Assembly (NCBI GenBank): GCA_036504855.1
Contig: DASXUL010000031.1
Location: 3,077 to 67,076 of the forward strand
Length of the DNA: 64,000 nt
Direction: 5' to 3'
From: Armatimonadota bacterium
GTDB lineage: Bacteria; Armatimonadota; DTGP01; JAKQQT01
Position 1 is the first letter of the stretch; each line of letters opens with the position of its first letter. This document shows positions 47,926 through 57,292 of this stretch, piece by piece. The notes beneath the pieces are model-generated. The model worked only from the letters and a program-made list of their open reading frames with translations, was not told the DNA's origin and ran no database searches. The translations under genes and the position numbers were made by a program.

Positions 47926-49605
47926 ATGTTGTCTGAGATCCATATCCGCAATTTCGCGCTGATTGAGCGGCTGGACTTGCTCCTGGCGCCAGGGCTCAAC
48001 ATCGTCACGGGCGAAACGGGCGCCGGGAAGTCCATCTTCATCGACGCCATCAACGCCGTGTTGGGCGAGCGCACGGGCTCTGATGTGATCCGCAGCGGCG
48101 CGGAGCGGGCCAGCGTTGAGGGAGCCTTCAGCACGAACGATGCGCCCTCCGTAACAGCCCGCCTCGTTGAAGAAGGTCTGGATGATGAGGAGGACCTCCT
48201 CGTCCTCACCCGCGAGCTGGTGCGCGGCGGCCAGGGCGCGGCCCGCGTGAACGGCCGCCGCACGACGGTTGGCGTGCTGAGGTCCGTTGGCGATGGCCTC
48301 GTGGATGTGCACGGTCAGCACGAGCATCAGAGCCTGCTCTCCGTGGAGCGCCACGTGGACATACTGGACTCCTGGGGCGGCGCCGAGATCTGCGCTTTGC
48401 GCGAGCGCACGGCCGCGCTGCACGCCCAGTGGCGGGCCGCCCTCGCCGAGATGACCGCCCTCCAGATGGATGAGCGCGAGCGCGCCCGCCGCGTTGACCT
48501 CTACTCCTTCCAGGCCGATGAGATTGAATCGGCCTCCCCCCAGCCCGGAGAGGACGAAGCCCTGATGGCGGATCGCATCCGCATCGGCGGCGCGGAGAAA
48601 CTCGCCGCCGCCGCGGGCGAGGCGCATGACCTTCTCAACGGAGAGGGCGGCACGGCCGTGGAGGCCTTGGGCACGGCCATGAGCCGCCTGCGCGACGCTG
48701 TGCGCCTGGATGCCGCCCTCCAGCCGATGCTGGATTCCGTGGAAAACGCCTACTACACCGCCCAGGAAGCCGCGCGGGACCTTTCCGCCTACGTGGAGGG
48801 TGTAGAGTTCAGCCCGGAACGCCTGCAGGAAGTCGAGGACCGCCTGGACATCCTGCGCCGCCTCAAGCGGAAGTACGGCGATTCGCTGGAAGAGGTCATT
48901 GCCTATCGCGACCGAATTTCCGCGGAGCTTGAAGCGCTCCAGGGAGCGGACGCCCGCATCGAAGAGCTAACCGCCGAGATCGAGCGCATCCGCGGCGAGC
49001 TGGACATTGTGAACGGACAACTCCGGGCCCAACGACGCGAGGCGGGAGAGTCTCTGCGGCGCGCCATGGAACTGGAACTGGGGGACCTGGCGATGGAGAA
49101 AACGCGCGTGGAGGTTTCGCTTACCCCCATCGACCCCACCGCCAAGGGCGCCGACCACGTGGAGTTCCTCATGTCTCCCAACCCCGGCGAGCCGCTGAAG
49201 CCGCTGGCGCGCATCGCCTCCGGCGGCGAGCTGAGCCGCCTCATGCTGGCGCTGAAGTCCGTGGTCGCCAAAGCGGATCCGGTGCCGGTTCTCGTTTTCG
49301 ACGAGATCGACACGGGCGTCTCCGGCCGCCAGGCCGGCGTCATTGCCGCCAAGATGCGCGGCCTGGCCGCCTCCAGCCAGGTGCTGTGCGTCACCCACTC
49401 GCCCCAGATCGCTGCCGCGGCCGACCAGCACTACGTCATCCGCAAGACGGTGGAAGGCGGCCGCACGCTGACCCACGTCACCCCGCTGGACGAAGCCGCC
49501 CGCGTGGAAGAGGTGGCCCGCATGCTGGCCGGAGCCTCGCCGACCGAGAGCGCCAGGGCGCACGCGCGCGCCCTGATCGCCGAGTTCCACGCCGCCCAAC
49601 CATAA
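47926..49605 (+). CDS. recN: DNA repair protein RecN
   Basis: Walker A GETGAGKS, a long coiled coil, and the ABC signature region near the C-terminus. 559 aa. Confidence 0.9.
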   Translation: MLSEIHIRNFALIERLDLLLAPGLNIVTGETGAGKSIFIDAINAVLGERTGSDVIRSGAERASVEGAFSTNDAPSVTARLVEEGLDDEEDLLVLTRELVRGGQGAARVNGRRTTVGVLRSVGDGLVDVHGQHEHQSLLSVERHVDILDSWGGAEICALRERTAALHAQWRAALAEMTALQMDERERARRVDLYSFQADEIESASPQPGEDEALMADRIRIGGAEKLAAAAGEAHDLLNGEGGTAVEALGTAMSRLRDAVRLDAALQPMLDSVENAYYTAQEAARDLSAYVEGVEFSPERLQEVEDRLDILRRLKRKYGDSLEEVIAYRDRISAELEALQGADARIEELTAEIERIRGELDIVNGQLRAQRREAGESLRRAMELELGDLAMEKTRVEVSLTPIDPTAKGADHVEFLMSPNPGEPLKPLARIASGGELSRLMLALKSVVAKADPVPVLVFDEIDTGVSGRQAGVIAAKMRGLAASSQVLCVTHSPQIAAAADQHYVIRKTVEGGRTLTHVTPLDEAARVEEVARMLAGASPTESARAHARALIAEFHAAQP

Positions 49606-49667
49606 AGACACAATGGCGCCGCGGTTTGGGATCTCTCGCGGGCCGCGTCTCGCGATAGACTACACTG

Positions 49668-50810
49668 ATGGTTCAACCACATACGATATCGGGGCCCGCC
49701 CGCGTGGGACGCCGCACCAAGGAGTTGGTTCGCCGCATCCAGCCGGGCGACGTAGCCGTGATATTCCATCGCGACCTCGACGCCATGGCGGCCAGCCAAC
49801 TGGTGGAGCGCAGGCCGTGCGCGGTGGTCAACGCGGAGGCATCCACAAGCGGTCGCTACGTCAACGGCGGTCCGCGCGTGCTTCTGGAGGGCGGCATCCC
49901 GCTCTTCGACGCCACCGATGCCGAGTGGGCGGACGACATCCGGGATGGGGAGACGATCCGCGTTGCCGGCGCCGGCGTCTACCGAGGCGAGATCCGCCTC
50001 ACCCGCGTGCGCGAGGTCACCGAAGCCACCCTGCAGGCCCAGCGAGCCGCCGCGCGCGACAACCTGGAAACCGAGATCGCCGCCTTCGCCGAGAACACGC
50101 TGCGTTACCTCGCGGACGATAAGGCGCTGCTGTTGAACCCCACGGACGTGCCCGCGACGGCTGTTAAGATCGACGGACGGCCGGCCCTCATCGTGGTGCG
50201 CGGCGAGGGCTACCGGGCGGACTTGGAGATGGTGAGGCCTTACGTAAAGGAGCAGCAGCCGGTGCTGATTGGCGTGGACGGCGGCGCCGATGCCCTGCTG
50301 GAGTGCGGATTCACCCCGGATATCCTTCTGGGCGACATGGACAGCGCATCGGACGACGCCATCCGGAAGGCCGGACAGGTGATCGTGCACGCATACGTAG
50401 ACGGGCGGGCGCCCGGGCTGCAGCGCGTGCAGGCGCTGGGGCGGGACGTCACCACCTTCGCGGTACCCGGCACCAGCGAGGATGCCGCCATGTTGCTGGC
50501 CTATGAGCGCGGGGCATCATTGATCGTGGCCGTTGGCACGCATTTCTCGCTGGAGGAGTTCCTGGACAAAGGGCGGGCCGGCATGGCCAGCACGTTTCTG
50601 GTGCGCCTGCGCGTAGGAGCGCGCCTCGTGGATGCCAAAGGGGTGTCGCGCCTCTACGGCGGCGGCATCCGGCCGCGCTACTTGCTGGCGCTCCTGGCGG
50701 CATCCGCCCTGCCTATCGCCATCGTTTTGCTGTTGTCGTCGCCGCTCAGCGACGCCGTGCGCCTGCTGGCGGTAAAGCTGCAGTTCTGGCTCTGGCGATT
50801 GAGACACTGA
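49668..50810 (+). CDS. steA: Putative cytokinetic ring protein SteA
   Basis: 380 aa with a thiamin-pyrophosphokinase-like core and a C-terminal TM (LLALLAASALPIAIVLLL). recN-steA-mctB order as in Actinobacteria. Confidence 0.65.
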   Translation: MVQPHTISGPARVGRRTKELVRRIQPGDVAVIFHRDLDAMAASQLVERRPCAVVNAEASTSGRYVNGGPRVLLEGGIPLFDATDAEWADDIRDGETIRVAGAGVYRGEIRLTRVREVTEATLQAQRAAARDNLETEIAAFAENTLRYLADDKALLLNPTDVPATAVKIDGRPALIVVRGEGYRADLEMVRPYVKEQQPVLIGVDGGADALLECGFTPDILLGDMDSASDDAIRKAGQVIVHAYVDGRAPGLQRVQALGRDVTTFAVPGTSEDAAMLLAYERGASLIVAVGTHFSLEEFLDKGRAGMASTFLVRLRVGARLVDAKGVSRLYGGGIRPRYLLALLAASALPIAIVLLLSSPLSDAVRLLAVKLQFWLWRLRH

Positions 50811-50912
50811 GGGAGTCATCAGTTGTCAGTGATCAGTCGTCAGTTCGGAGCCATTGGAGACGGCTCTACTCGGCGACTGACTACTGATGACTGACGACTG
50901 ACAACTCATACC
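50811..50912. repeat. Nested-palindrome intergenic element, copy 5. It fills the steA-mctB spacer.
   Basis: ggagtcatcagttgtcagtgatcagtcgtcagttcggagccattggagacggctctactcggcgactgactactgatgactgacgactgacaactc. Confidence 0.75.
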
Positions 50913-51797
50913 ATGATTGACTACCGAACATATCTCACCGGCCTCGTGGCGGTTTTCCTGGCCCTCGGGTTGGGGATGCTCGTCGGCGCGGCCCTGGTTG
51001 GCTCTCCGTCCACGGTTCGCCAGCAGAAGGAACTGCGCACGCTGCAGAAGTCCTTCACCGAATTTCAGGAGCAGAACTCCGCCCTCCGATCGACGGCCGA
51101 TGACGTTCGGGCAAGGCTGATGCGCGAGGATTCGGCGATGCGCGAGCTGATGCCGCGCTTCGTGGACGGCCGTCTTGCCGGCCGCCGAGTGGCGATCGTG
51201 CTGTGCGGACAGATGGATGACACCGCCTTCCTGGCTAACGTCAACGAGGCGCTATCGGCTGCCGGCGCGACGGTATCCAGCACCACGCGCGTGCCCGACG
51301 ACTGGCTCCCCACGGACGAGGGGCGTGATTCGGTGGCGTCCGCCTTCGGGGTTCCCCGGCAGGAAGCCAGCGACGCCAAGCTCGGCGCGGCCCTGGGCTA
51401 CGCGGTGGCGGCCGGACATGCGGATCAGATTGCCGCCGCCGCCGACGCGGCCGCCGGGTTGCGTCTGGAAGGTGATTACTCGAAGCCCGTCCACGCCGCG
51501 CTGCTGATCACCGGAGCCACTACCGAGGAGCGTCAAACCGCCGCGCGTTTGGGGCTCACCCCGGAATCCGGCGTCCTCAACGGCCTTGCGGCCACCTCAT
51601 TGCGCGTTGTGGCGGCCGAGCCCGATGGCGAGGAACGCTTCTCCGTCCTGCCGATGCTCTTTCGCAAGGCCAACGCCACCGTGGACCACATCAACCTCGC
51701 CGCCGGCCAGCTCTCCGCCGTTTTCGGCCTCGCCGGTCGCGACGGGCACTTTGGCCTCAAGCGTTCCGCCGAACGCGCCATCCCGGAGATGCCCTAG
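50913..51797 (+). CDS. MctB/DUF3186-family (copper transporter MctB-like) membrane-anchored protein
   Basis: N-terminus MIDYRTYLTGLVAVFLALGLGMLVGAALVG matches the conserved MctB start MIDFRYH..SLVAVFLALA.G..LG. Confidence 0.62.
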   Translation: MIDYRTYLTGLVAVFLALGLGMLVGAALVGSPSTVRQQKELRTLQKSFTEFQEQNSALRSTADDVRARLMREDSAMRELMPRFVDGRLAGRRVAIVLCGQMDDTAFLANVNEALSAAGATVSSTTRVPDDWLPTDEGRDSVASAFGVPRQEASDAKLGAALGYAVAAGHADQIAAAADAAAGLRLEGDYSKPVHAALLITGATTEERQTAARLGLTPESGVLNGLAATSLRVVAAEPDGEERFSVLPMLFRKANATVDHINLAAGQLSAVFGLAGRDGHFGLKRSAERAIPEMP

Positions 51798-51916
51798 GTC
51801 AGCAATCAGCAATCAGCATTCAGCCCGAAGGCCTCTGTCCATGAGACACCGCATCTCATGGACAGAGGCCTTCGGGCTGAATGCTGAATGCTGAATGCTG
51901 AATGCTGATTGCTGAC
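51798..51916. repeat. Nested-palindrome intergenic element, copy 6 (CAGCAAT / CAGCATT heptamer variant), with a perfect inner hairpin
   Basis: ggtcagcaatcagcaatcagcattcagcccgaaggcctctgtccatgagacaccgcatctcatggacagaggccttcgggctgaatgctgaatgctgaatgctgattgctgacc. Confidence 0.78.
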
Positions 51917-54900
51917 CTAGAGTCCGGCTGCCGTCTTCGCCAGGCGGACGGCGTCGCGGATGTCCACGGTAACGGCCGAAGTTCCGGCGGTTTCCACGTT
52001 GAGGCGGGTTCGGTCGCCGGCGCTCGTCAGGCCGGACGCCAGACGAAGGGCATTGATGGCGTCGACCATGGTGGTTGGGCCGCCGCCGCAGCAAACCAGC
52101 GGGGTCCCGTTTATGACAAGGGCCCAGCAACCCAGCGTTCCCGTATCGCTGTTTGCCGAGTCGGTGACGGCCAGCGTCCAGACGCCCTCTGCATGGACGC
52201 CTTTCAGCCCCGCCAGCGGCTCCTCAGGCTGATAGCTGCCGGAGAACGGGGCAGTTCCGGCGGCGATGGCCGTCGTCGCCGCGTCATCGAACGTGGTGTA
52301 GACGCCGGCGCAGCTATTCGTCCCCGTGCCGATGTTCACTCCGTCCGCGCCCTCGTTGCCGAACAAGAGGATTTCCTGGCCGGTTGGCGCTCGCAGGACG
52401 ATGCTGAGGTCGCTCACGTAAGTGTGGTTGATGCGCACTTTCGCCACGATGCTCTTGATGACCTGCGGCGCGGCAACCGTGAGGACGCTGTTCGTCGTAG
52501 TGAGATCCGGAATCGGCGTAACAGAGCCGGCATAGGTGTAGGTATTGGACGCCGCCGTGCCGAGAGCGCCCAGGTCATACGCCTTGGTCACGGTCCCGAG
52601 GTCGGCCAAGCCGTCCGTCAGGTGAAGCGACGCGACAATCGAGCCGCCGCAAAGCGCGTTCGCGGTCAGTCGAATCGACTTCTCGACGGTGGCGCCGGCC
52701 GCGATGACCCCGTAACTGACGTTCGACGTTAACGGCGCCACGCCGCCCGTTGGAAGAAGGTTGGCGCTGAGGTTCGCTGTGGCCGTGTTGCCGGTGTTCT
52801 TCAGGGGCACGGCGATGGTAACCGTCTCGTTCGGATCCACGGCGCCGTTGGCCGGCGAGCAGCCTTCCGCGGTGATGCGAGGCGTGCCCATGGCGATCGC
52901 CGGGCCACAGCAGGCTGTCGGCTGCGCCGTAACGTCCAAGCTCCAGCACCCCAGCGTGCCCGTGTCATCCGGGTAGGTATCGTACACGCGCAGCGTCCAC
53001 ACGCCCCCGGCCTGTTTGCCGATGAGTGACGCCAGCTTCTGGGTGGGCTGATACGACCCGGCGAAGGGCGCCGTGCCGCTGTGGATGCTGGTCGCGGCGG
53101 CATCGTCGAAAACCGTCACCGTGCCGGCGCATGTATTGGCTCCGGATCCGAGGTTCTGCCCGTTGTCGCCCGCGGAGGCATCGAGGATGACATCCGTGCC
53201 GTCGGGAGACGTGAGGATTATGTAGAGGTCGCTGACATAGGTGTGGTTCGCGCGCAGGCGCACCTTCAGGTTGGAGATGACGCCGATGTCTGGCACGGCG
53301 ATAGTCCGCGTCAGCAGACTGTCGTCCGGGATGAGAAGCGGCGTGCCGGTGTCGGCATACACGGCCTGCACAGCGGAGCCCAGCTTGCCGCGATGGATGG
53401 CGTACGTAACGTCACTGCTGTCCACGCCGTTCACGGTGAGGTGCAAGGTGATGACGTTGACGCCCCAGCAATCGCCCTTCACATACAGTTGGAACGGCTT
53501 CGCGGCCGCGGCGGTATCCGACCCAATGTCCCCATATGCCTGTGAGACCGTCACCGGGATCACGCCGCCCGTCGGCTGGAGGGTGGCGACCACGTTGTGC
53601 AGCGCCGACGCTCCGATGTTGCGCAGGCCCAGGTTCACGGTAACAAGCTCGGCGGGGTCGATCACGCCATTGCCGCCCCCGCAACCCTCGGCAACCAGAA
53701 CGGCGCCGTTCGGCGCCGCGTCGCCAGGCGTGGCAACCGTGCAGGATCGATAGTCGCGTTTGGCGATGTCCAGGCGCCACGCGTAGAGCGCCACCCCCGA
53801 GTTGCCGCCGGAGTCTTCCATCACCAGCGTCCACGGGCCGGCGATCGGCTTTCCGGCGAATACGGACAGCGGGTCCACTGGCCGGACGGCGCCAACGAAC
53901 GGCGCCTCGGTTGTCTGCACAGACTGGGCGGCGGAGTCGTCGAAGATGCAGAACGCGCCGGACTCGTCGTTGGCGCCCGAACCGAAGCCCGCTCCCGGGT
54001 ATCCGGCGTCCGCGCTCAGCACCGCCGTTGTGCCGTCCGGGCCGATGAGCCGGATGGTAGCGTCCGTCGCCCAGGGGTGATCGGCGCGAACCGCCACCTT
54101 CAAGGCATCCACGGCGCCCTCATCGGAGACCGTGATCGTTTGCGAGATTGTGCCGCCGGAGTCTGGGGCCTGGGTAAGCGCGCGAGTGTAGAAGACGTCG
54201 GCGGCCGGCCCCAGCGCGCCGAGGCGCAACGGGTACGAGACCGAGCCCATCGCCGCGGCGCCGGACTGAAGGGTCAGCGTAGGCGAGATGGTGTCGCCCG
54301 GGTTCCCTGTGGCGGTGAAGCGAATGGAGACCGCCGCCGTGGCGCCAATCGCGATGGAGCCCACTGTCTGCGTGCCCGAGACGGGAATAACGCCCGTCTG
54401 CTGAACCAGCGCGGCGGTGACGCCAGTGGCGGCCGCCGTGCCCACGTTGCGAAGGCCGAAGCTCACCGTCACGGTCTCATTGGGGTCCACCGCTGAGTTG
54501 CCGGGGGAACAGGACTCCACCGTAACCGCGGCCGTCCCAGCCACGATGACCGGAACGGCCTGCTCCGTGATGTTCGAGGCCGCCAGGGCGAAATCCTGGT
54601 CCAGCGAGCTGCCGGAGCCGGGCACGCCGTCCGAAACGATGTTCTTCGCCGTGACGATGATGGCCACATTACCCGAGACGCCGGCCGGTAGGAACACGGA
54701 CTCCACGTTGTTGCGCACATCCGCGCGACCGCCGGTAGTGGAAACCGAGTTGCTGAATACGTTTCCCTGGTACGTCTTCCCGCCGATCAACACCTGGAGA
54801 TCGAGGTCGTTATTGTAGGCGGCGGCCGTGGTCGAGCCCGGGGCATCCGTCCAGGCGAGAGTGATATGGGCGGGCTTCGTGGTGGACGCAATCACGCCGG

Positions 54901-56956
54901 TGACCACGCGCGTCTGGCCTGTGGCAGTGAAGATATCGGCCGACTGCTGATCGCGCAAGACGAGCGCGCCAGCGGCGAATGCATCGCCCAGGTTCATCGC
55001 GCCCCAGCCCTGGACGGTGGACGGCAGGGTGTCCCCGGCATAGGCGCCGGTGAGGTAACGGGCCGAATTCATCAACAGCGCTTTCGTCATCGCCGGGCTG
55101 GCGGGCGGCAGCCCTTTGTTGATAAACCACTGGCGCACCAGCGCGGCGCCGCCGGCCACGGCCGGGCAGGAATGGCTGGTGCCGCTGGAGGCGGTATAGT
55201 ATTGCTGGCCCAAGGGGAAATACTTGCTCCCGCCAGCCCCGCCGCTGACGCCGCTGGCGCTGAAGCAGGCGTCCGCCGTCCCGGTGGCCGCCTGAGTGGC
55301 CGCTTGGGCCACGCCGCCGGAGACGTGCGTTCCCGGGGCGACGATGTCCGGCTTCACGCGTCCATCGGCGCACGGCCCGCGACTGGAAAAGCTCACCATA
55401 TCATTGGCGGAGTTGGCCTCGGTGTCGCCAATGCCGCTGGCGTCCGCGCCGCCCATGGCCTGCACGTTCTCCGTCGCGCCCACCGAGATGATGTTCTTTC
55501 CCGCGCCCGGCGTGCCCATCGTGCGGAGGCCCGGCCCGGCGTTGCCGGCGGAGAACACGATGACCATCTGCTGATTGCCCGCAACCGAACTCTGGGCGTC
55601 TCGAACCAGCGAGTCGTACTCCTGGCAGAACGAATCGTAGGCCCCGCCGTTGTCGCCGCCCCAGGAGTTGCTGCTCACGCGGGCGCCGCCGGCGTAGGCT
55701 TCGGATTGCAGCTTGGAGACATCCGGGTTCGTGTAGCTGTCTGGATCGAAGATAACGGACGAGCCCAGTTTGACGAATGGGGCGATGCCGAGGCCGTAGT
55801 GATAGCCAGCGCTATCCACGTGGGGCGAGGCCGTGGCGGCATTGTAGCCGCCGATGATATGCGCGTTCAGAGTGCCGTGGCCGTCGCAGCCTTTCAGCGT
55901 GCTATTGGAATTCGCAGTGCCTTCTAGACGCGCGTAGGAGACCCGGCTGGCGCCGGCGGCAGCGCCCGCCACGCGGAGGTTCGGATGGTAAGGGGCAGCC
56001 GTTCCGTTGTCGATGCCGCTATCGGTAACGTCCACGACGAACCCGGACGCGGTGAATTGCGCCTGCGTGAAACCGACGGAAGTGAGCCAGTTCAGGTAGC
56101 CCGGTCCTGATGGCGCGGCGCCGGTGAGGAACCCGGAACTGATGCGCGCCTGGCGCTCATCCATCTTGTGCGGCTCCGCATACGGCTGGATCGAGACGAC
56201 GTCTGGCCGCGCGGCGACAACCCTGATGCTCTTGTCAGAGAGGGTGACGACGACGTTCACGTACCCCAGCGCCTTCCGCACGATCGGCGCGGACGCCGAG
56301 GCGAGCGCCGACATCGTGGACGCGTTCGTTTCGTCGTCCTCCACCAACTGCACCGTTACTCGGCGTGAGGCGTTCTTGCCTTTGGCGCCGCGGAGGCGGG
56401 TAAGGCGACGGTCCAGCTTCCAATCGGAGCGGAAATCCGAGGCCCACTGGATGTAAGGGCTGCACGAGGCGGCAGCCGCCAGCGAAGCGGCGTCACCGAA
56501 CACCAGATACGCGTTGTTCGGGACATAACACACAACACGCACGCCCGCCCCGTCCAGCGCCGTGCGCCATTCCGGCAGAACGGGCCCGGCGAACTGCACC
56601 AGCCCAAGGCGCTTCCCCGCGGCCGGCGGGGGCGTCACCTGGGCGGCGGCGGTCGCGCCCTGGGTGCGCACGGCGCCCGCATTCAGGAGGATCGTGTCCA
56701 GGTCGTCGCGCACTTCCGCGCCGGGCCCGGGCGGCAGCGCGCCGATCTGAGCAGAGGAGGCCGACATCAGGCGAAAGGCGCCGTAGTCCACCAGCGTGCT
56801 TGCGCCGCGGCTTGAAAGCTGTGCTGCCAGTTCGGGGTCCTGGACAATGAGCTTGTGGTGGTCGGCGCCTGGCAGCGGAATCACTCCGGCGGCTGGGGAG
56901 GCGGCGCAGAACGCGGCCAGCGCGAAGCCGGCTGCGAAGGCCTTGAAGGTGGACAT
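51917..56956 (-). CDS. Giant secreted subtilisin-like (S8) serine protease with three tandem [CARDB/DUF11-like + proprotein-convertase P-domain] modules and a C-terminal dockerin-like tail
   Basis: Signal peptide MSTFKAFAAGFALAAFCAASPAAG. Catalytic triad contexts VVDVTDSGID (Asp), GHGTLNAHIIGG (His), GTSHSCPAVAGG (Ser). Repeated ...DPNETVTV..L.N.G...A... plus P-domain ...GPW.L...D...GTLG.W.L... motifs. Tail DAINALRLASGL...VDIRDAVRLAKTAAGL. Confidence 0.7.
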   Translation of the reverse strand: MSTFKAFAAGFALAAFCAASPAAGVIPLPGADHHKLIVQDPELAAQLSSRGASTLVDYGAFRLMSASSAQIGALPPGPGAEVRDDLDTILLNAGAVRTQGATAAAQVTPPPAAGKRLGLVQFAGPVLPEWRTALDGAGVRVVCYVPNNAYLVFGDAASLAAAASCSPYIQWASDFRSDWKLDRRLTRLRGAKGKNASRRVTVQLVEDDETNASTMSALASASAPIVRKALGYVNVVVTLSDKSIRVVAARPDVVSIQPYAEPHKMDERQARISSGFLTGAAPSGPGYLNWLTSVGFTQAQFTASGFVVDVTDSGIDNGTAAPYHPNLRVAGAAAGASRVSYARLEGTANSNSTLKGCDGHGTLNAHIIGGYNAATASPHVDSAGYHYGLGIAPFVKLGSSVIFDPDSYTNPDVSKLQSEAYAGGARVSSNSWGGDNGGAYDSFCQEYDSLVRDAQSSVAGNQQMVIVFSAGNAGPGLRTMGTPGAGKNIISVGATENVQAMGGADASGIGDTEANSANDMVSFSSRGPCADGRVKPDIVAPGTHVSGGVAQAATQAATGTADACFSASGVSGGAGGSKYFPLGQQYYTASSGTSHSCPAVAGGAALVRQWFINKGLPPASPAMTKALLMNSARYLTGAYAGDTLPSTVQGWGAMNLGDAFAAGALVLRDQQSADIFTATGQTRVVTGVIASTTKPAHITLAWTDAPGSTTAAAYNNDLDLQVLIGGKTYQGNVFSNSVSTTGGRADVRNNVESVFLPAGVSGNVAIIVTAKNIVSDGVPGSGSSLDQDFALAASNITEQAVPVIVAGTAAVTVESCSPGNSAVDPNETVTVSFGLRNVGTAAATGVTAALVQQTGVIPVSGTQTVGSIAIGATAAVSIRFTATGNPGDTISPTLTLQSGAAAMGSVSYPLRLGALGPAADVFYTRALTQAPDSGGTISQTITVSDEGAVDALKVAVRADHPWATDATIRLIGPDGTTAVLSADAGYPGAGFGSGANDESGAFCIFDDSAAQSVQTTEAPFVGAVRPVDPLSVFAGKPIAGPWTLVMEDSGGNSGVALYAWRLDIAKRDYRSCTVATPGDAAPNGAVLVAEGCGGGNGVIDPAELVTVNLGLRNIGASALHNVVATLQPTGGVIPVTVSQAYGDIGSDTAAAAKPFQLYVKGDCWGVNVITLHLTVNGVDSSDVTYAIHRGKLGSAVQAVYADTGTPLLIPDDSLLTRTIAVPDIGVISNLKVRLRANHTYVSDLYIILTSPDGTDVILDASAGDNGQNLGSGANTCAGTVTVFDDAAATSIHSGTAPFAGSYQPTQKLASLIGKQAGGVWTLRVYDTYPDDTGTLGCWSLDVTAQPTACCGPAIAMGTPRITAEGCSPANGAVDPNETVTIAVPLKNTGNTATANLSANLLPTGGVAPLTSNVSYGVIAAGATVEKSIRLTANALCGGSIVASLHLTDGLADLGTVTKAYDLGALGTAASNTYTYAGSVTPIPDLTTTNSVLTVAAPQVIKSIVAKVRINHTYVSDLSIVLRAPTGQEILLFGNEGADGVNIGTGTNSCAGVYTTFDDAATTAIAAGTAPFSGSYQPEEPLAGLKGVHAEGVWTLAVTDSANSDTGTLGCWALVINGTPLVCCGGGPTTMVDAINALRLASGLTSAGDRTRLNVETAGTSAVTVDIRDAVRLAKTAAGL

Positions 56957-57292
56957 TGGGCAGGTCCTTTCGTTCGTTGGGTGCAGACTCCGCCGCAGGA
57001 AGCGGCCATTCTGCCATGATAGCTATGCCATGCCGCTCCAAAGAAACAGATGATTATGAAGAATCGGGCAAGCGGGTTGCGGCGCTTGATGTCCGGCTCG
57101 GTCGAACCGCTGAGGCCGCGGGATCAGCCGAGCAAAGGGATGATGCAAGCAGCTCAAGGCCGGTGTCGCCTTCACATGCAGAGGTTCGTCATCCGGCATT
57201 CCATTGCGGCATGCGGCATTGGGACACGGCTTCCCGTGTCCGCCCCGTAACGCCGATGGGCCGGGCGTTCCACACTGACTCAGCAGAATCGC

